In this document: positions 26,975-36,711 of the stretch, piece by piece | Layout: every line of letters starts with the position of its first letter | Position numbering within the stretch: the first letter of the stretch is position 1 | From: Deltaproteobacteria bacterium | GTDB lineage: Bacteria; Desulfobacterota; Desulfomonilia; UBA1062 | Length of the DNA: 61,131 nt | Assembly (NCBI GenBank): GCA_023230665.1 | Contig: JALNWY010000002.1 | Span: 1-61,131 of the forward strand | Direction of reading: 5' to 3' | Notes under the pieces: generated by a model | What the model was told of the DNA's origin: nothing | The model's database searches: none | The model's input: only the letters and a program-made list of their open reading frames with translations | Program-made: the position numbers and the translations under genes

Positions 26975-28156
26975 ATGGAGCTCTTTGAGAAGGTGAAGGT
27001 AGGCGGCCTGAGCCTGGCGAACCGTCTGGTGAAGTCCGCAACCCTGGAGAATACGGCGACCCCGGACGGCCTGCCGACCCGACAGACGGCTCGCTTCTAC
27101 GAGCGGCTGGCCCGGGGGGAGTCCGGCCTTATCATCACCGGCTATGCCTATGTCCATTCGTCGGGTCGCTCCTATCCTCTCCAGCACGGCGCGGACAGCG
27201 ACGCCATGATCGAATGCTGGGGCCCGATTGTGGATGCAGTCCACGAGCACGGCAGCAGGATAGCCCTCCAGATCGTTCACGGGGGAAGACAGTGCAGACC
27301 CGGTCGTGACGGACAGGCCCTGCTGGCCCCCTCCCGTCTCCCCAATCTGGTCTATTTCTCGCTGCCCCGGAAAATGACCTCCGGCGAGATCACCAAAACC
27401 ATCCAGGACTTCGGCGCAGCAGCCGGCAGGGCCCGTGAGGCGGGGTTTGACGCGGTTCAGATCCATGCGGCCCACGGGTATCTCATCTCGGGCTTTCTCT
27501 CGCCGCTGACCAACCGCCGTAAGGACGAGTGGGGAGGCGACCCGGAGCGGAGGTCCCGGTTTCTCACCGAGGTGTTCCGCACGGTCCGCTCCACGGTGGG
27601 AGACGGTTTCCCGGTCCTGGCAAAGATGAACATTCACGACTTCGTCCCCTTCGGGCTGACCCCTGTATGCAGCTTTCCACTGGCGCGCAGGCTCGCACGG
27701 CTCGGTCTGGACGCCCTGGAGATCAGCGGCGGGCTCATGGAAAACCCCCTGGCAATGAGCAGGGGGGATGCACCCACCGCCATTATCAACCGGGGCAGGA
27801 GGCTGCACATACGGGCATACTTCTCGTCGTGCCTTGCCTTTACGAGGTTTTTCCAGCCTTTTCGCGAGAACTATTTCCAGGACTATGCCGCCAGGCTCAA
27901 ACCCGATCTCCCCATCCCGCTCATCCTCGTGGGGGGAGTGAGAAGCGTCCATAGAGCCGAGCAGGCTCTCCTCTCCGGCGCTGCCGACCTCGTTTCGCTG
28001 GCCCGTCCCCTGGTCAGGGAACCCGATCTGCCGAAAAAATGGCGGGAGGGAACCGCAGAGCGGGCGAGCTGCACCTCGTGCAATCGATGCCTGGGAGAGA
28101 TCGAGCAGGGGAGCAGACTCGCCTGTTACCAGGAGACGGGCAACCGCCGTCCCTGA
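26975..28156 (+). CDS. NADH:flavin oxidoreductase (Old Yellow Enzyme / 2,4-dienoyl-CoA reductase-like FMN domain)
   Basis: LANRLVKSAT, ALQIVHGGRQ, GFDAVQIHAAHGYLISGFLSP..N.R.DEWGG and GGVR. ATG at 26975 behind AAGGAGGGGGAGGGAG. Confidence 0.9.
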   Translation: MELFEKVKVGGLSLANRLVKSATLENTATPDGLPTRQTARFYERLARGESGLIITGYAYVHSSGRSYPLQHGADSDAMIECWGPIVDAVHEHGSRIALQIVHGGRQCRPGRDGQALLAPSRLPNLVYFSLPRKMTSGEITKTIQDFGAAAGRAREAGFDAVQIHAAHGYLISGFLSPLTNRRKDEWGGDPERRSRFLTEVFRTVRSTVGDGFPVLAKMNIHDFVPFGLTPVCSFPLARRLARLGLDALEISGGLMENPLAMSRGDAPTAIINRGRRLHIRAYFSSCLAFTRFFQPFRENYFQDYAARLKPDLPIPLILVGGVRSVHRAEQALLSGAADLVSLARPLVREPDLPKKWREGTAERASCTSCNRCLGEIEQGSRLACYQETGNRRP

Positions 28157-28438
28157 CCTTTGTTGTCCGGCATCGTCCCCTTTGTCTGCGGAAAGACTTG
28201 CGGACAACAGGTATCACCTGTACCCAGGAAACGAATCATGCTATGAATGATCCCCGCCGGATCCGCCGGACAGCCCTGCTCAAAACAGGAGTTCTTCTCT
28301 CAAGAGGCGCTAGGCCCGGGGTCTCTCAAGGCCTAAGCGAATGTCCCGCACCTCTCCGCGGACCCCTTCAGAGGAAAATCCCCGTGCGGCACCGGGCCCG
28401 GCAGCGAGACATCAAACCAATAAACAGGAGGCTACACG

Positions 28439-28969
28439 ATGAAGAGAAAACCCATCCCCTTTTCTGAGCTTCTTATCCAGGCGCACACTATCTGGTCGCG
28501 CCAGTGGCTCGTTCTCACCTGCGGTGATTTCGTATCAAGCAAATTCAACTCGATGACCGTGGGGTGGGGGAGCTTCGGGACCATGTGGAATGTTCCCATG
28601 GCTCAGGTGGTGGTCCGTCCGACGAGATACACCTATCAGTTCATGGAGCAGTACGGCACCTTCACCCTGTGCGCCCTGGGGAAAAAATACCGCGATTCAC
28701 TGAAGATTCTTGGCAGTTGCTCGGGCAGGGACAGGGACAAGATATCCGAGGCAGGGCTGACCCCTATCCCCTCTTCCAAGGTGGCGGCACCGGGCTTTGC
28801 CCAGGCCCAGCTCATCGTGGAACTCAAGAAGATCTACTGGGACGACTTCAAGCCCGGTCATTTCCTGGACCCCTCCATCGAGAAGCAGTATCCGCTCAAA
28901 GACTACCATCGGATGTACTTCGGCGAGGTACTTGCCATCTCCGGGACAGAGTCGTATTCAATTATCTAG
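28439..28969 (+). CDS. Flavin reductase-like (split-barrel FMN-binding) protein
   Basis: 176 aa: NSMTVGWGSFGTMWNVP...VRPTRYTY. SD AGGAGG is present. Confidence 0.75.
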   Translation: MKRKPIPFSELLIQAHTIWSRQWLVLTCGDFVSSKFNSMTVGWGSFGTMWNVPMAQVVVRPTRYTYQFMEQYGTFTLCALGKKYRDSLKILGSCSGRDRDKISEAGLTPIPSSKVAAPGFAQAQLIVELKKIYWDDFKPGHFLDPSIEKQYPLKDYHRMYFGEVLAISGTESYSII

Positions 28970-29093
28970 CAGTATACATCGCCGATCGCGGCCGGGAGAA
29001 GGTAATGGATCGATCGAGGAAACACGGGAAGTCAGCGTCTGCGGCTATTTCACACACAACGGCTCCGGCCGGCCATTGAAAGGGGGCGTTTCC

Positions 29094-29912
29094 ATGCTCG
29101 AGGTTCGATGGCTCGGCTGTGCAGGACTCGAACTTGCAGTAAACTCGAAAGTCGTCCTTATAGATCCCTATCTCTCCAGGCCAGGCATATTCAAAATCCT
29201 TTTCAGCCGGCTCGCGCCCGCCCACGATCTCGTCCATTCCTACACAGCAAGGCTTGCCGGAAGGGTTTCTGCACTGATCTGCGGGCACACCCACTTCGAC
29301 CATGCCCTCGATGTCCCCGAGATCGCCCGCTCCTTACGCTGCAGGTCAGTGGGGAGCAGCAGTCTGAAAACCCTTCTGGACATCTCCGGGGTATCGACAG
29401 AAGTGATCGTCTGCTCAGGCAACGAGCAGATCGAGCTCGACGATGGCATCAGGGTGCAGATGATCCCCTCACGGCACGGGCGCGTCTTCCTGGGGAGGAC
29501 GCCCTGTCCGGGCGAGATCGACCCCTCATGGACACCGCCTCTGAAGGCGAGCCAGTACCGGCTCGGCACCATGTTCATGCCCAAGATCGAAGTAGGAGAC
29601 ATCACCCTGATTCATGCAGGCAGCGCCGGCTTCATCGAGTCCGAACTCCACGGCCACCGGTGCGATGCGCTCTTCATGTGCGTGCCCGGATGGAAGAGCA
29701 TGCCCGACTATACCGCCCGCATGGTGAATATTCTCAGGCCCGAGGTGATCATTCCGTTCCACTTCGACGACTTCACCCGTCGCATGCCCAGGTCCGGAAA
29801 AATCCGCATGCTTCCCTCTATCGACCTGCAAGGTTTTGTTGAGCGCATTCACAAAAACTCGCCCGGCGCAGTGGTCCGCATCCCCAGAACCAACGAGGTG
29901 ATGCGATTCTAG
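29094..29912 (+). CDS. MBL-fold metallo-hydrolase
   Basis: LGCAGLEL...LIDPY and the metal motif CGHTHFDH. The ATG at 29094 was chosen; the track ORF starts inside the upstream gene. Confidence 0.8.
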   Translation: MLEVRWLGCAGLELAVNSKVVLIDPYLSRPGIFKILFSRLAPAHDLVHSYTARLAGRVSALICGHTHFDHALDVPEIARSLRCRSVGSSSLKTLLDISGVSTEVIVCSGNEQIELDDGIRVQMIPSRHGRVFLGRTPCPGEIDPSWTPPLKASQYRLGTMFMPKIEVGDITLIHAGSAGFIESELHGHRCDALFMCVPGWKSMPDYTARMVNILRPEVIIPFHFDDFTRRMPRSGKIRMLPSIDLQGFVERIHKNSPGAVVRIPRTNEVMRF

Positions 29913-29998
29913 ATCGCGCGGCAGTGAGAATTCTCTGTTTCCCGGTCTTTGCCGGGCCCTTTTCAGGGTGCGCTTATGGGTGTGCCGATCGGGCGATC

Positions 29999-30907
29999 CT
30001 ACCCGGGTCCGGGTGGAGCAGCCATTCCGGAAAGCCGTCCCTGACTCAGGAAAACGCCCGCAAAGACCAGGAATGATGCCGAATACTGCATGAGGGTGAA
30101 CCGCTCCCCGAGAATCAGCCATCCCAGAAACACGGTGAACACGGGGATGAGGTTCATGAACGCAGATGCCTGGCTCGCAGGGACACGGCTCACGCCGAAA
30201 TTGTAGAGCCCGTACGCGCCCAAGGTGACAAAGACCCCAAGATAGAGGATGCTGAAAAACGGAACAGGGGCGATTTCCATGGGCAGGGTATTCCCGGACA
30301 TCAGCAGGACGGGCAGATAAAACACACTGCCGGCGCACGCCTGGAGGGCAGTGAGAAAAAAGGGACGATAGCGCTCGGTGAGCTTCTTCAAGGTGACCGT
30401 GTACGCTGCCGCGCAGATCATGGCCAGAACCTCCAGAAAATTCCCCCACGCCGGGTGAGGAGCCTGCTCTGACGGCACACTGCCGGTGCTGAGCAGGAAT
30501 ACTCCTGAAATCGCGACAAAAAATCCGCTCAGGGTTTTTCTCGTCACCTGCTCGCGGAGGAACACCGAGGCCGCCACGGCCACCATGAGCGGCAATATCG
30601 CGGTGACCATCCCGGCCTGTGACGCCGAGGTGTTCTCCAGGGCCTTGGCCTCGAAGAGAAAGTACAGGCAGGGCTCGCACAGGATCATGAACACGAGATA
30701 CTTCAGATCCCCTTTTCGCCACGCATTGCCCTTCATGGCCCTGAAGAAGAACAGGGAGGCCAGGCTTCCCACCGCCATTCTTCCGAAGATCACCACCATG
30801 GGATCATACGCCTTGAAGGCGAGTTTCATTGCGATGAAAGCACTGGCCCAGAGTATCATGGCCAGGACGAGGCTGATTACGGGAAGCAGGACTGTTTTCC
30901 GGTTCAT
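29999..30907 (-). CDS. DMT superfamily transporter (EamA)
   Basis: 302 aa with 10 predicted TM segments and two EamA-like halves. Confidence 0.9.
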   Translation of the reverse strand: MNRKTVLLPVISLVLAMILWASAFIAMKLAFKAYDPMVVIFGRMAVGSLASLFFFRAMKGNAWRKGDLKYLVFMILCEPCLYFLFEAKALENTSASQAGMVTAILPLMVAVAASVFLREQVTRKTLSGFFVAISGVFLLSTGSVPSEQAPHPAWGNFLEVLAMICAAAYTVTLKKLTERYRPFFLTALQACAGSVFYLPVLLMSGNTLPMEIAPVPFFSILYLGVFVTLGAYGLYNFGVSRVPASQASAFMNLIPVFTVFLGWLILGERFTLMQYSASFLVFAGVFLSQGRLSGMAAPPGPG

Positions 30908-31104
30908 GGTGAGCTCTCTCGCTTTTACCCCCTTGGTCGATCGGTCCTGATCTCATATCACCGGCACGAGTTGCTGGGAACAGGAAAATATCCTGTCTCA
31001 TTCATGGGATCGCGGGATGACCGGCACGGGTGTGCGGGAAAAAAAAGGTGGAAACATACGCTCCTTGATTATACAATGAGGGTATCATGAAGGAGGCAAG
31101 GCAT

Positions 31105-31593
31105 ATGCATTTCTGTCCGAAATGCGGGACCAGGCTTACGGAGAAGAGCATTGAGGGAAGGCTCAAAAAGGCGTGCCCTTCCGGCGGGTGCGATTATGTG
31201 TTCTGGGACAATCCGATCCCGGTTGTCGCCGCGGTAGTGGAGCATGAAGAAAGAATCGTCCTGGTGCGCAACAAAGGGTGGCCTGAAAAGATGTTCGGTT
31301 TGGTATCGGGCTTTCTCGAAAGGGGGGAATCACCCGCTGACGCGGTCTTAAGAGAGATCAGGGAAGAGCTGGGCCTGGAAGGGGAGATCGAGGATTTCAT
31401 CGGGGTCTACCCCTTTTTCAAGATGAATCAGCTCCTCCTCGTGTTCCACGTTTCAGCCCGGGGAGAGATCTCTCTGGGAGACGAGCTGGAGGAGTTCCGC
31501 CGGGTGGCTCCCGAGAAGCTGGTCCCCTGGCCCATGGGCACCGGGCCTGCGGTGCGTGACTGGCTCGCGGGAAAGGGGCTCTTCGCATCGTGA
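31105..31593 (+). CDS. NUDIX hydrolase with N-terminal zinc ribbon
   Basis: CPKCG...CPSGGC, then the Nudix box GFLERGESPADAVLREIREELGL. The ATG at 31105 lies behind AAGGAGG; an alternative start is at 31087. Confidence 0.88.
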   Translation: MHFCPKCGTRLTEKSIEGRLKKACPSGGCDYVFWDNPIPVVAAVVEHEERIVLVRNKGWPEKMFGLVSGFLERGESPADAVLREIREELGLEGEIEDFIGVYPFFKMNQLLLVFHVSARGEISLGDELEEFRRVAPEKLVPWPMGTGPAVRDWLAGKGLFAS

Positions 31594-31740
31594 AAGGTCC
31601 GGGCCCGTCCTGCGGGTGGGAAGGCCCTTTTTCATCCTGCTCCAGTCTGCCCCCAAGGTGTGTTAGTCCTTGAGGAGCAGGGCGGAAATATGAGAAAGGT
31701 TGTTCATGCGTTCATAGATGCATAAGACAAGGAGGCTGTT

Positions 31741-32322
31741 GTGAAAAACATGACCATATTCTCTTCCATACTGCTCTTCGGACTCGTTTCCCCGGCGACT
31801 GCAGATTCCGGCAAACCCGTGGTCCGTATCGAAACCTCCAGGGGCAGCATCGTGCTTGAACTCGACAGGGAAAAGGCGCCCAAGACCGTGGACAACTTTC
31901 TCTCGCTGGTGGAATCGGGGTTCTACGAGGGCACCATCTTTCACCGGGTGATCAAGGGCTTCATGATCCAGGGTGGAGGGCTCACCGAGAACATGAATCA
32001 GAAGCCGACCGGGACCCCTGTTCCGAACGAGGCGGACAACTCTTTGAAGAATGTCCGGGGCAGCATTGCCATGGCACGCACCCAGGACCCCCACTCAGCC
32101 ACTTCCCAGTTTTTCATCAACACGGTCGACAATGCGTTTCTCAACCACAGCTCAAAGACCTTAAGCGGATGGGGATACTGCGTGTTCGGCCGTGTCGTGG
32201 AAGGCATGGACGTGGCGGACGCCATCGAGGCTTCGCATACCACGACGCACGGGATGTACACCGATGTGCCCGCAGAGCCCGTCGTGATCAACAAGGCCTC
32301 GGTGGTGGCTACGGCCCCCTGA
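31741..32322 (+). CDS. Peptidyl-prolyl cis-trans isomerase, cyclophilin type, secreted
   Basis: Signal peptide, then FHRVIKGFMIQGGG, MARTQDPHSATSQFFIN and VFGRVVEGMDV. Confidence 0.93.
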   Translation: MKNMTIFSSILLFGLVSPATADSGKPVVRIETSRGSIVLELDREKAPKTVDNFLSLVESGFYEGTIFHRVIKGFMIQGGGLTENMNQKPTGTPVPNEADNSLKNVRGSIAMARTQDPHSATSQFFINTVDNAFLNHSSKTLSGWGYCVFGRVVEGMDVADAIEASHTTTHGMYTDVPAEPVVINKASVVATAP

Positions 32323-32507
32323 TCAGGGCATGCTTGTGCGCCGGGCAGGAAGGGACGCTTTCTTGGAGCTCCCTTCTTAAGGGGATCGGGCACTGCTGCC
32401 GGTTTTCACGGGTGCCGAGGCCGTAGGGCCCAAAGGGTCAAACCCGGGATACGACCTGACGCAAGAGCCTTTACGGGGAAGAGGTATTTCGATACGCTTC
32501 CGATCTG

Positions 32508-33839
32508 ATGAGGTGGCGGGTGAACGTTTCCGAGAAAAGGTCCGTGGTTTCCTGGGCACTGTATGACTGGGCGAACTCGGCGTTTGCCACCACTGTGATC
32601 GCGGGCTTCTTTCCCCTCTTCTTCAAGCAGTACTGGAGCGCGGGCGTGGATACGGCAGTGAGCACGGCACGGCTCGGTCTGGCCAACTCGCTTGCCGGTG
32701 TGGTCGTTGCCCTTGGCGCGCCGGTCCTGGGCGCGATCGCAGACCGCGGCACCTCGCGCAAGCGCTTTCTGATCTTTTTCGCGCTGATGGGCATGGTCGC
32801 CACATCGACCCTGGCCCTTGTCTCGGCAGGGGCCTGGGTGACTGCGGTGTGGCTCTATCTCATTGCATCCATCGGGTTTTCCGGCGGCAATGTCTTCTAC
32901 GATTCCCTGCTTCCCGGGGTTGCCCCGAAAAACCAGGAGCATTTCGTGTCCGCGCTGGGATTTGCCCTGGGATACCTGGGCGGGGGCGTGCTCTTTGCCC
33001 TCAACGTGTGGATGACGCTCAGGCCGTCTTGGTTCGGGTTCACGGATTCGTCCCAGGCTGTCCGCTTTTCCTTCCTGAGCGTAGGCATATGGTGGGCCCT
33101 TTTCGCCGTGCCGCTCATGATGTTCGTGAGGGAGCCCGACAGGACCGCGCACGGCGCAGGCATGGTCAGGGAGGGCTTCAAGCAGCTCGGGCGCACCTTC
33201 CGGGAGATCAGGCACCTCAAGGTGATCTTTCTCTTTCTCGCTGCATACTGGCTCTACATCGACGGCGTGGACACGATCATCAAGATGGCCGTGGATTACG
33301 GGCTCTCTTTGGGGTTTAAGGCAGGAGATCTCATCCTTGCGCTGCTCATCACCCAGTTCGTGGGCTTTCCCTGCGCTGTGGCCTTCGGCCTGCTCGGGCA
33401 GAAAATCGGGGCAAAGCGGGCCATCCTGGCGGCCATCGGCATCTATCTCTTTGTCTCGGTCTGGGGGGCCTTTATCCGGAGCAAGGCAGAGTTCTATGCC
33501 CTGGCGGTTGTCATAGGCTTTGTACAGGGCGGAGTCCAGGCACTGTCCCGCTCCTTCTATTCCCGCATCATCCCGGAAGGCAGGTCAGCCGAGTATTTTG
33601 GATTCTACAACATGCTGGGCAAGTTCGCCGCCATCATCGGACCAATCCTCGTGGGGCTGACCGGCCTGTTCGCCAGGTCCATGGGCGCAGGAGGAATCCT
33701 GGCCAGCAGGCTCAGCATCGTGTCTCTGGCAGTCCTCTTCCTCTCGGGCGGCATCCTGCTCTTCTTTGTGGACGAGGAAGAAGGCAGGCGGGAGGCGGCC
33801 CGTCTCTCAGCACCCGATCAGGGGGCGTGCGCACCATGA
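32508..33839 (+). CDS. MFS transporter (UMF1 / Atg22-like family)
   Basis: 443 aa and about 12 TM segments. SWALYDWANSAFATTV is typical of the family. Confidence 0.88.
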   Translation: MRWRVNVSEKRSVVSWALYDWANSAFATTVIAGFFPLFFKQYWSAGVDTAVSTARLGLANSLAGVVVALGAPVLGAIADRGTSRKRFLIFFALMGMVATSTLALVSAGAWVTAVWLYLIASIGFSGGNVFYDSLLPGVAPKNQEHFVSALGFALGYLGGGVLFALNVWMTLRPSWFGFTDSSQAVRFSFLSVGIWWALFAVPLMMFVREPDRTAHGAGMVREGFKQLGRTFREIRHLKVIFLFLAAYWLYIDGVDTIIKMAVDYGLSLGFKAGDLILALLITQFVGFPCAVAFGLLGQKIGAKRAILAAIGIYLFVSVWGAFIRSKAEFYALAVVIGFVQGGVQALSRSFYSRIIPEGRSAEYFGFYNMLGKFAAIIGPILVGLTGLFARSMGAGGILASRLSIVSLAVLFLSGGILLFFVDEEEGRREAARLSAPDQGACAP

Positions 33840-34609
33840 ACGCCCATGTCCTGATCATTGATGCCCTGAATCTCATCCGCAGGGTGGATGCGGCGCGGAG
33901 GATCCATGCAGCAGGAGGCGGCACCGGTTCTTCCGTGGATGCCTGCGTGCAGTCGCTCGCACGTGCACTGAGCGAATGCGCCCCCAGCCATGCGGTGTGC
34001 GTGTTCGAGGGAAAGGGATCCAGTTTCAGGGCAGCGTTGTACCCGGAATACAAGGCAGGCCGGGCACCCATGCCCGCTGACCTCGAAGAGAGCCTTCCGG
34101 CGATCAGGAAGGCGTTTCTCGGCATAGGTGTGACGTCCATCGAGGTGAATGCCGTGGAGGCGGATGACATCATCGCGACCCTCGCCACGAAGATCGAGGC
34201 GGGAAAGCTCCACGCGAGAATTCTCTCCACGGACAAGATCTTTCTGCAGCTTCTCTCGGACCGCATCCGCGTCAGAGACCATTTTGCAAAGAAGGATCTC
34301 AACCAAGCCTACGTGTTTGAGAAGTTTCAGGTCCACAGCACCCAGCTTGCAGATCTCCTCGCCCTGGCCGGAGACCCCACGAACAGCATCCCGGGCGTTC
34401 CGTCTGTTGGCAGAAAAACCGCTGCCAGACTCCTGCAGGAATACGGCGCCCTTGAGAACATCCTCTCGAATACCCCTCGAATCGGGGGCAGGCTGGGCCG
34501 GATCATCGCGGCCCACAAGGACGACGCCCTTGTGTTCCGGAGACTCATGCTCCTGAAAAAGAATATCGATCTGGGCCTGAACCTCATGGATTTCCGCTAT
34601 CGCCGGTAA
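33827..34609 (+). CDS. xni: Flap endonuclease Xni (5'-3' exonuclease family)
   Basis: LIIDALNLIRR, YKAGR, EADD, STDK and GDPTNSIPGVPSVGRKTAARLL. It overlaps the MFS gene by 13 nt. Confidence 0.9.
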   Translation: MRTMNAHVLIIDALNLIRRVDAARRIHAAGGGTGSSVDACVQSLARALSECAPSHAVCVFEGKGSSFRAALYPEYKAGRAPMPADLEESLPAIRKAFLGIGVTSIEVNAVEADDIIATLATKIEAGKLHARILSTDKIFLQLLSDRIRVRDHFAKKDLNQAYVFEKFQVHSTQLADLLALAGDPTNSIPGVPSVGRKTAARLLQEYGALENILSNTPRIGGRLGRIIAAHKDDALVFRRLMLLKKNIDLGLNLMDFRYRR

Positions 34610-34639
34610 ACCAGGATGCGCTGCATGGGGATGGTTGGT

Positions 34640-35743
34640 CTACAGGATGGTTCGCTTCCCATTATAGCGTTCTTTGTCGTAAGACTTGTCCACGTCCACG
34701 GTCTTGATCCGGTTGATGATCTCTTTCATGGGTACCGAGGTGATCTCACCGTGTGCATAGCTCACCATCCTCCCGAAATCCTCGCTCACGATCATGTCCA
34801 CCGCGGCAATACCAAACCACCGGGCCATGAGCCTGTCACGGGCAGAGGGGACCCCTCCGCGCTGAAGATGGCTCAGGATGACGAATCTTGACTCGAAGCC
34901 GGTGTTGCGCTGGATCTGGTCGGAGAGAAACGCCGCAAGTCCGCCTAAGTTCCGGTGCCCGAAATCATCCAGCCTTTCATCTTTGCAGAATTCACCCTCT
35001 CCCTTCAGGCAGGCGCCTTCGGAGACCACCACGATGCTGTACTGGACCTCGCGGCCCTTTCTCGCCTGCAGAAGATCGAATACCCGCTCCAGCTCAAAGG
35101 GCTGTTCAGGGATGAGGATGATGTAGGCCCCGCTGCTCTCGCCGCCCTGTAGTGCGAGCCACCCCGCGTGCCTGCCCATGGTCTCCACCACGAAGATCCG
35201 GTTGTGCGACCCGGCCGTGGTCCGGAGCCGGTCGATTTCTTCGGTGATAACGTTCAGGGCAGAGTCGTAGCCCAGGGAATAGTCGGTACCCACCAGATCA
35301 CCGTCAATGGTCTTGGGGATGCCGATGGTCTTGACTCCTCGCCTGTAGAGCTTGTAGGCCACGCCCAGGGTATCTTCGCCGCCAATGGCCACCACCACGT
35401 CGATGCCCAACTTCCGGACATTTTCGATCACGATGTCCGACCGGTCGTTCTTGGGATTGAACGGATTGGTGCGCGAGGTCCCCAGGTTTGTTCCGCCATA
35501 GCGGTCCCACGTGCGGACCTTCTCCTCATCCAGAGGCTCGATAAAACGTTTTTTGCTGTCCTCATCGTCCGGGTTCACACTCACGAGTCCCTTCCATCCG
35601 TCGCGGACGCCGATTACCTCGAATTTCATCGAGCGATGCTCTGCCAGGAGAGGATCCAATGCCGTCTTCACCACCCACTTGATCGCCCCGTTCAGGCCGG
35701 GACAGTCGCCTCCGCCGGTTAGAACAGCAACCTTTGTCGTCAT
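34640..35743 (-). CDS. pfkA: 6-phosphofructokinase (ATP- or PPi-dependent PFK family)
   Basis: VLTGGGDCPGLN, IGGEDTL, GIPKTIDGD, MGRHAGW and ILSHLQRGG. The start was moved to MTTKVAV behind AAAGGAGAAGGGGAG. Confidence 0.92.
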   Translation of the reverse strand: MTTKVAVLTGGGDCPGLNGAIKWVVKTALDPLLAEHRSMKFEVIGVRDGWKGLVSVNPDDEDSKKRFIEPLDEEKVRTWDRYGGTNLGTSRTNPFNPKNDRSDIVIENVRKLGIDVVVAIGGEDTLGVAYKLYRRGVKTIGIPKTIDGDLVGTDYSLGYDSALNVITEEIDRLRTTAGSHNRIFVVETMGRHAGWLALQGGESSGAYIILIPEQPFELERVFDLLQARKGREVQYSIVVVSEGACLKGEGEFCKDERLDDFGHRNLGGLAAFLSDQIQRNTGFESRFVILSHLQRGGVPSARDRLMARWFGIAAVDMIVSEDFGRMVSYAHGEITSVPMKEIINRIKTVDVDKSYDKERYNGKRTIL

Positions 35744-35871
35744 GAACTCCCCTTCTCCTTTCATTTGTAGTCTTCACACCCAATGCATATCATACATAAT
35801 GATATTCTGTTTGATCATCTCGGCAAGTCGATGGTAAATATTGAACTCTCTGATACTAGGAGGTCTTAGAT

Positions 35872-36621
35872 ATGAAGATGATCTTTCATGAGGATTTCTA
35901 CCGGACGTATACCGCAGACCCCGCTGCGGACGAGGGCCGGATGGAGGCAGTGGTCGAGGTCGTGGGTCCCCACGTGGAGTTCGTGACCGCACGCCCTGCC
36001 CCATTGGAGGATATCGAGGCGGTTCATACCTCTGAACACATCGATCATGTCAGGCGCCAGGGGCTTCACGAGATTGCAAGCCTTGCTGCGGGCGGGGCGG
36101 TCCAAGCTGCGACGATCGGACTGAGCGAACCCTGCTTCGGCCTTATCCGGCCCCCGGGGCACCATGCCTCGGCAGGCTCCTCGTGGGGGTTCTGCTATTA
36201 CAACAACATGGCCGTGGCCCTGACGCACCTGAAAAGCAGGGGCATGATCGACACGGCGTTCGTGCTGGATTTCGACCTCCACTTCGGCGACGGCACGGTG
36301 AACATCCTTGGAAACAAAAACTATGTGACCATCTATAATCCCGAGGAACCCGATCGTTTCTCGTACATGAACAGGGTCCTGGAAGAGCTGGAGCGATGCA
36401 AGGCTGATGTGATCGGGATCTCGGCCGGATTCGACAACCATCTTCAGGACTGGGGCGGGACCCTTGCCACCGAGGACTATCAGGCGATGGGCCGGGCCGT
36501 CAGGGAGGCCGCGGCAAGAAACTCGGGCGGATGCTTCGCCATCCTCGAAGGAGGGTACAATCACCGGGTGCTGGGCCACAATGTCCTTGCCCTGATCCAG
36601 GGGCTTTCCGCTCGGATGTAG
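35872..36621 (+). CDS. Histone deacetylase-family protein (compact, 249 aa)
   Basis: RPPGHHA, DFDLHFGDGT, SAGFD and LEGGY are all present. SD AGGAGG. Confidence 0.85.
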   Translation: MKMIFHEDFYRTYTADPAADEGRMEAVVEVVGPHVEFVTARPAPLEDIEAVHTSEHIDHVRRQGLHEIASLAAGGAVQAATIGLSEPCFGLIRPPGHHASAGSSWGFCYYNNMAVALTHLKSRGMIDTAFVLDFDLHFGDGTVNILGNKNYVTIYNPEEPDRFSYMNRVLEELERCKADVIGISAGFDNHLQDWGGTLATEDYQAMGRAVREAAARNSGGCFAILEGGYNHRVLGHNVLALIQGLSARM

Positions 36622-36711
36622 AGGAAGGGAGTCCAGGATAAAAGAGGCAATGAAACCAGTCGCTGTTTCCGGCAGGCCGGAGGTCTGAGTGCTTACGGGA
36701 GGAAAGAAGAC

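Noticed and set aside
26906-28207. 433-aa minus-strand ORF
   Set aside because: It is antisense to the Old Yellow Enzyme-type gene, whose plus-strand frame has clear family motifs and a strong SD.
28161-28209. Inverted repeat TTGTTGTCCG ... CGGACAACAG after the OYE gene, as a possible regulatory element
   Set aside because: It matches 9/10 with a 29-nt loop and no U-tract. It is most simply a weak transcript-end hairpin, and nothing else supports a role.
29526-30722. 398-aa minus-strand ORF
   Set aside because: It overlaps the MBL hydrolase gene in antisense and the EamA transporter gene out of frame, and it is Arg/Gly/Pro-rich with no motif.
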